This document shows positions 59,252-64,000 of a DNA stretch of 64,000 bases, in pieces. This stretch comes from Neodothiora populina. Its lineage: Eukaryota. The translations under genes and the position numbers were made by a program. Each line of letters opens with the position of its first letter. Position 1 is the first letter of the stretch. The notes under the pieces were generated by a model. The model searched no databases. It had not been told where the DNA came from and saw only the letters and a list, made by a program, of their open reading frames with translations. The DNA lies in NCBI RefSeq assembly GCF_041146345.1, contig NW_027191414.1, forward strand, positions 868,001 to 932,000. The letters are read 5' to 3'.

Positions 59252-61896
59252 TCATTCCCCCGCATCTTTCACCTCCTCCATCGTGACTGCCTTGGCCTTG
59301 CCCTTGGCAGAAGAGCTGCTAGGCTCAGTAGCTGATGTTGAAGGACCTTCTTCTGCGCTCTCGACATTAACATGTGCCTCTGATGGACCTGCAGTGCTTC
59401 CTTGCTGGGCGCCAGCATCACTGAAACTCCAGCCTGAGGATGGCTGGAGTGTAGGAGGTGGCGACGTTTGTGCGCTGGGCTGCACATGAGCTGCTGGCGA
59501 GGAATCTTGAGCGTCGATCTGTCCTGGTGTACTTGTGTCCGAGCTAGTCGCATGTGTTGAGCCCACATTTGAGGTGTGGTGTCCGTTGGTAGATGCGGGT
59601 GATCGCGGGCAAGGCCGCGGATTCTGGACTTCTTCAACAGCTGGCACCTGTGGCTGAGCTATCGTAAAAATGCTTGGGACGGCTGGCGGTGATCGGAGGT
59701 CCTGCTGAACAGCCGAGGGCGAGATAGCCCTCGTTGGAACAGGATGAGGTGCTACTGACGCGGGTGGAGACGCTGCATACGGTTGCCTCTCGCCCGGCAT
59801 CTGCATACCCGGAATTGGATGTTCGGGCTGCGCAGGGCCTCCTAGACGATGCAGCGGTGTGACGGTCCAACCTTCAGGTAGAGTCATCGCATGTGGTAAG
59901 GCCGGATGGCCAGTACCTAATGGTGCTTGTCCAGCTATGGGTTGTAAGGCTTGAGGGAAGTGCGCGGGTGCTGCTAGCTGTGCATATGCCGCAGGTAGGG
60001 GCATTTGAGACGCCATGCCTGGCATACCACTTGAAAGCGCTCGCGGTGCCAGGTTTGCCATCATTGGTGGTACTGATCCTCCATGCTGCGTGCGATCGAG
60101 TAGCCCTCGCAGGCGCGCCAATTCAGACTCCAAGGCTCGGACAGTAAGCAGCTGTGTCTGCTCAATCGCCAAAGTTGATGCTTCGCGCATCAATCTTTCT
60201 TCTACTTGCATGAGCTGTATCTGTGTAGACTGAATTTCCAAAGCAGAGTTGTCGCCAGAGCTTTGGTTACTGCGGTCAGTCGTCGTCGGTGGCGTTGGCT
60301 GTGCTTGTGCATTTCGATGTTGTCCCAGGACTTCCTGTATTCGATGAGCTGGTCCGTTGTACAATCCGATTCTTATAGGCCCCAAATTGAGCATGCGTAA
60401 GCGGTTGGGCCTTTGTGGTGCCTGGCCTTGAGCCGGAGCGACGTTATTGCCAGGTTGTTGCGCATTACCTCCCACTCCCGGCTGTTGAGGCGCGTTTGGA
60501 TCTTCGTTTCTGTTCTGTCCTGGTGCTGTCCCACGCGAGCTTTGCTCGCCGACTACAGGACGTCTACATGTAGGACAAGTCTGTTGACGTTCTAGCCAAG
60601 CCTTGAGGCACCTCAGATGCAGGATATGGCCGCACGGTAGCTTCTTGGCCCGCAAACCTTCGTTAAGTGGTGTGGGTCTCCTGCCTTCCGCAACAACGTT
60701 CTCGCGCTCGCTCCACGGAACCATTGACTCACGGCAGACGATGCATGTGTTGTCGTTGCTCAGCTCTTCTGCCGTTGCATCTGGGTATTTATCGTTCATG
60801 TTCTGGGTGGCCTTGCGATAATTGTTGTAGTCCTGTATGCGTTTGGCAAATGCAGAGAAAGTCAGGTAAACGTCTCTCATGATATGCATCGGAAGTCCCA
60901 TGAAGGTCAAGGATATGGCGAAGAAAACAGAGTAGATGACGAGCTTGATAAAGTCTAGGATCTTGTCAGACGTCGGTTTCGTGTGGCTCAGCCGAGTATA
61001 CATACCAGTCGCAAGCTCAAGACCAAATAGCCATCTCCTCTTCTCTTCCCAACCTGGTACATCGATTTCATTCTCATCCACGTCTTCCTCGGATGGTAGA
61101 TTGAATTGACTAGCAGATGTTGCTCCAAGGGTCCCCTCAGCATTTGCCAGTTCCTGTTGTATACGGTCTCTTTCGGCTCTGATCTCCATCCTCCTTTCTT
61201 CAATTTTTTGTTCGGTCTGAGTCTTGAGAATTTGCGCCTCAAATAGTGCGAGAACATATCGTGCAAGTGTGAACAGAGAAAAGATGGACTGAATGGCGAA
61301 TTCGAAGGTGAAGATGACCATCATTCCTGGGCGAGGATCATCAAGTACGGTCTTGACGCAATAACGCAACAAACAAGCATCAAACAAAACAGACACGATA
61401 AGAGATGAAGACAAGCGGGCATGGAATGTACGTGGATTGGCCGGAGGTTGCTGTTCCAGTATGTCCACTCTACCTTCGCCGATCCAGCCCCAGACCTTGC
61501 CTGCCAGAAGCAGGACGAATATTGTAAGCATCCATCCACTAACATCGTGGCTAAGTGATGGCATAGCCAGAAGTGTGTCGAGCACTGCATACCATGCCTT
61601 CTCTGTAAGCTGCTCTATCTCGATTTGACGCAGGGGTCCATAGAAGAGACGTTGAAGACCATAAATGAATGTGCAAGCGCCTACCAGCGCAAGATTTGTG
61701 AGTATCTGTAATCCATTAGACCCAAAATACTGATAGACTAAGACAGCGAATGATGGATGATGCGTACGAGAACACATGCATTACTCTGCGACAGATATAC
61801 TGTAGCAGAGTAAAAATTAGGCCTCTGATGGAAAGCCTTTAGCAAAGCACCAGCTGCCACAAGGGCAGATGTACCGGCGTAGACTGCCAGCCTCAT
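59252..61896 (-). CDS. HRD1: ERAD RING-H2 E3 ubiquitin ligase (3 exons)
   Basis: [21 protein letters not shown] region, [34 protein letters not shown]. Confidence 0.95.
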
Positions 61897-62965
61897 CTTG
61901 ATATACACCGTGATAGCACTCCGTGCGTGAACATGGTTCAAATAAACAGTCTAGTCAGTGTATACAACTAGCCAAGCTGGCAGTGACAGCTGTTCGCGGC
62001 GACTGACGTCGGACAAGTCTATGTTTGGTCTGTTTGTTCCCGGACTTGAGTAAACGCCGAGTCGTTCCACCTTGCCTGGAGAGCTTGGCTTGGCTACCTT
62101 CGGGTTGGTGTACCTTAATTCACTAACAAATATTATTGTTCCATTGTTTCAATCACGGAAGGGAAAAATGCTCGCATTAATTATGGCTCGTCGACGCTTA
62201 GTTTCTTAGCTACTTAGTGTCACTGTCCGACCCGTTTGCGAGATGACAACAATACCAAGCACCATCGAATACCGCGTTCCTTCTTTTCCATGTTCATAGA
62301 GCCATGGCATTCCATCCGTCTTGCGGACAAGGCGGCGCTTCTTCGGCGTGGAGATGTCAATTCCACCGTCAGCCACGCGACATGTCACCAGGTCTCTCAC
62401 GAACCTGCGTCAAATGGGCCCATGTTGTGATTTCCCCTCTTCGGAGCCCTCAAATGCACTCTCATCCACGTTCGAAGCATGCTCCGTTGACCTCGTCACA
62501 ATGGAGAGCGGTTCGTACTGAGGTAGTTGAACATTTAGTCGGACAAGGTGTGCAAGATACTGTGATATTTGAGATTCCCAGCTTAGGATACGCTGTGTAC
62601 CTAGATGAGCTTGGCTCTACTTCGCCGGAGATTCTTCGTTTTCTCGTTGCAGAAACATGGCCGCTATTGGTAGCGGGTCGTGGGCATTGGCTTGTCCACC
62701 CCGCCTTGATCTGTCGGAGTAATGTGTAGCTCCATCTCGCTTGCATTCTCCACAGTGGGGACCCCATGCGACCCACTATCCCGGTCCGAGGACTGCGTCA
62801 TTTTGAATCTAGTCCTGAACACTTGATGAATGTTTGTGTAAGTAGACGAACTCTGCCACAGCCATCAGGCTCGGCAAGGCTCGTCCACATAATATATAAG
62901 CGACGGCTGCCCTACTGACAAGCAGCGCATATCTCACAGTCTGAATATTCACTACTTTCGTCAGC

Positions 62966-64000
62966 ATGAGGTACACAATTGCTGCCGTTGCCGCTATGAT
63001 GGGCCAGGCCTTGGGCCAGGCGACATTGACTGCTTCTATGATTGAGACTATGGGCAACAACAGTCTGTTCACAAGGTGGAGACCTACCTCTCATTTCATA
63101 GCCCCAGCCGGCTGGATGAACGATCCCTGCGGTCTCATGTACGATCCTACGGAAGACCTCTACCATGCCTTCTATCAATGGCATCCTGAGCATTACGATT
63201 GGGGTATGCATCTGCTCATTACAGCTAGAGTAGTGCGGGAGCTGACCATGAATAGGCAACATCTCTTGGGGTCATGCTACATCCCAAGACCTTATCTCTT
63301 GGACTGACGTTGGCGGTTGGGAAGGCCGAGATGCACTTGCTATGGGCCCGTCCGGCAACGGATCATACAACGGATTGGGTAAGTGCTTGTGTCTATTCTT
63401 GTACTTCGACTCACTAACGTGGTACGAAAGGCATCTTCTCTGGTACCGCTCAGCCGGTGAACCTTAGTGGAGAGGTTGACGGCACTCTCCTTATCTTCTA
63501 TACTTCGGTGTCGAAGTTGCCCACTTCGTGGAGCATTGAGTACCAAAATGGTACCGAATCTCAGAGCCTGGCCATGTCAAACGATGGCGGTAAGACTTGG
63601 GAGCAATATGCCGAGAACCCAATCATCACTGGACCTCCTGCTGATGGGTGGAACATCACCGGTTTCCGTGACCCTTTCTTCGAGCCACTGCCTGCCCTTG
63701 ATGCTCTACTTGGACAGGAAGAACCTCATTACTATGCTGTATTTGGTTCTGGCATCAAAGGCGATGGTCCACGTATCCCCTTGTGGTCAGCCCCACAGTC
63801 AAACCTTGCCAACTGGACATTCCTCGGTTCTTTGTGGGAGCCGGCCGCCAATTCCTCCCTCGGAAGCGTGCTCGCAACAGGCTCGAACGGTTTCAACTTC
63901 GAGGTTTCTGGATTTTTCGCTCTCCCCGACGAAGATGGTCATGTCCACTACTTCGTGAACATGGGAACGGAAGGCGGAAACGTGTCGTTTCACCAGTCTG
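62966..64000 (+). CDS. Secreted GH32 beta-fructofuranosidase/inulinase-family enzyme, truncated by window end (2 introns visible)
   Basis: Signal peptide, WMNDP, FYQWHP, WGHATS.DL, IFSGT and FRDP motifs. TATATAA at 62893. Confidence 0.93.

Noticed and set aside
6920..61896. Proteostasis gene cluster (DEF1, F-box, PUP1, WSS1, HRD1)
   Set aside because: The genes are dispersed among unrelated housekeeping genes with no shared PACE-like motif, consistent with chance.

Overview
This is eukaryotic, intron-containing DNA from a filamentous ascomycete; gene content and splice signals suggest Pezizomycotina, probably Dothideomycetes (inference). It is gene-dense with about 27 protein-coding genes, mostly housekeeping. 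They include GAL1, DEF1, a HAD-IIA hydrolase, an F-box/LRR protein, ETF-QO, an SR splicing factor, bL9m, DAP1, TMA7, a cyclin K/T-like protein, DUS4, GUP1, ARP4, PUP1, NUP159, WSS1, TGS1, eIF3e, IMG2, MDM35, HRD1, a partial GH32 invertase and an intronless GT2 polysaccharide synthase. I built exon models by hand from GT/GC-AG sites, branch points and reading frame. Signals the ORF track misses: a U5 snRNA gene just downstream of TGS1; a 6-nt micro-exon, a GC-AG intron and a likely unproductive-splicing intron in the SR gene; a TAAGGTA/TACCTTA motif recurring in intergenic regions; a secreted precursor with repeated R-D/dibasic sites; and an unexplained structured segment at 37.7-38.0 kb. I found no transposon, CRISPR array, rRNA or tRNA, and no clear multi-gene novel system.
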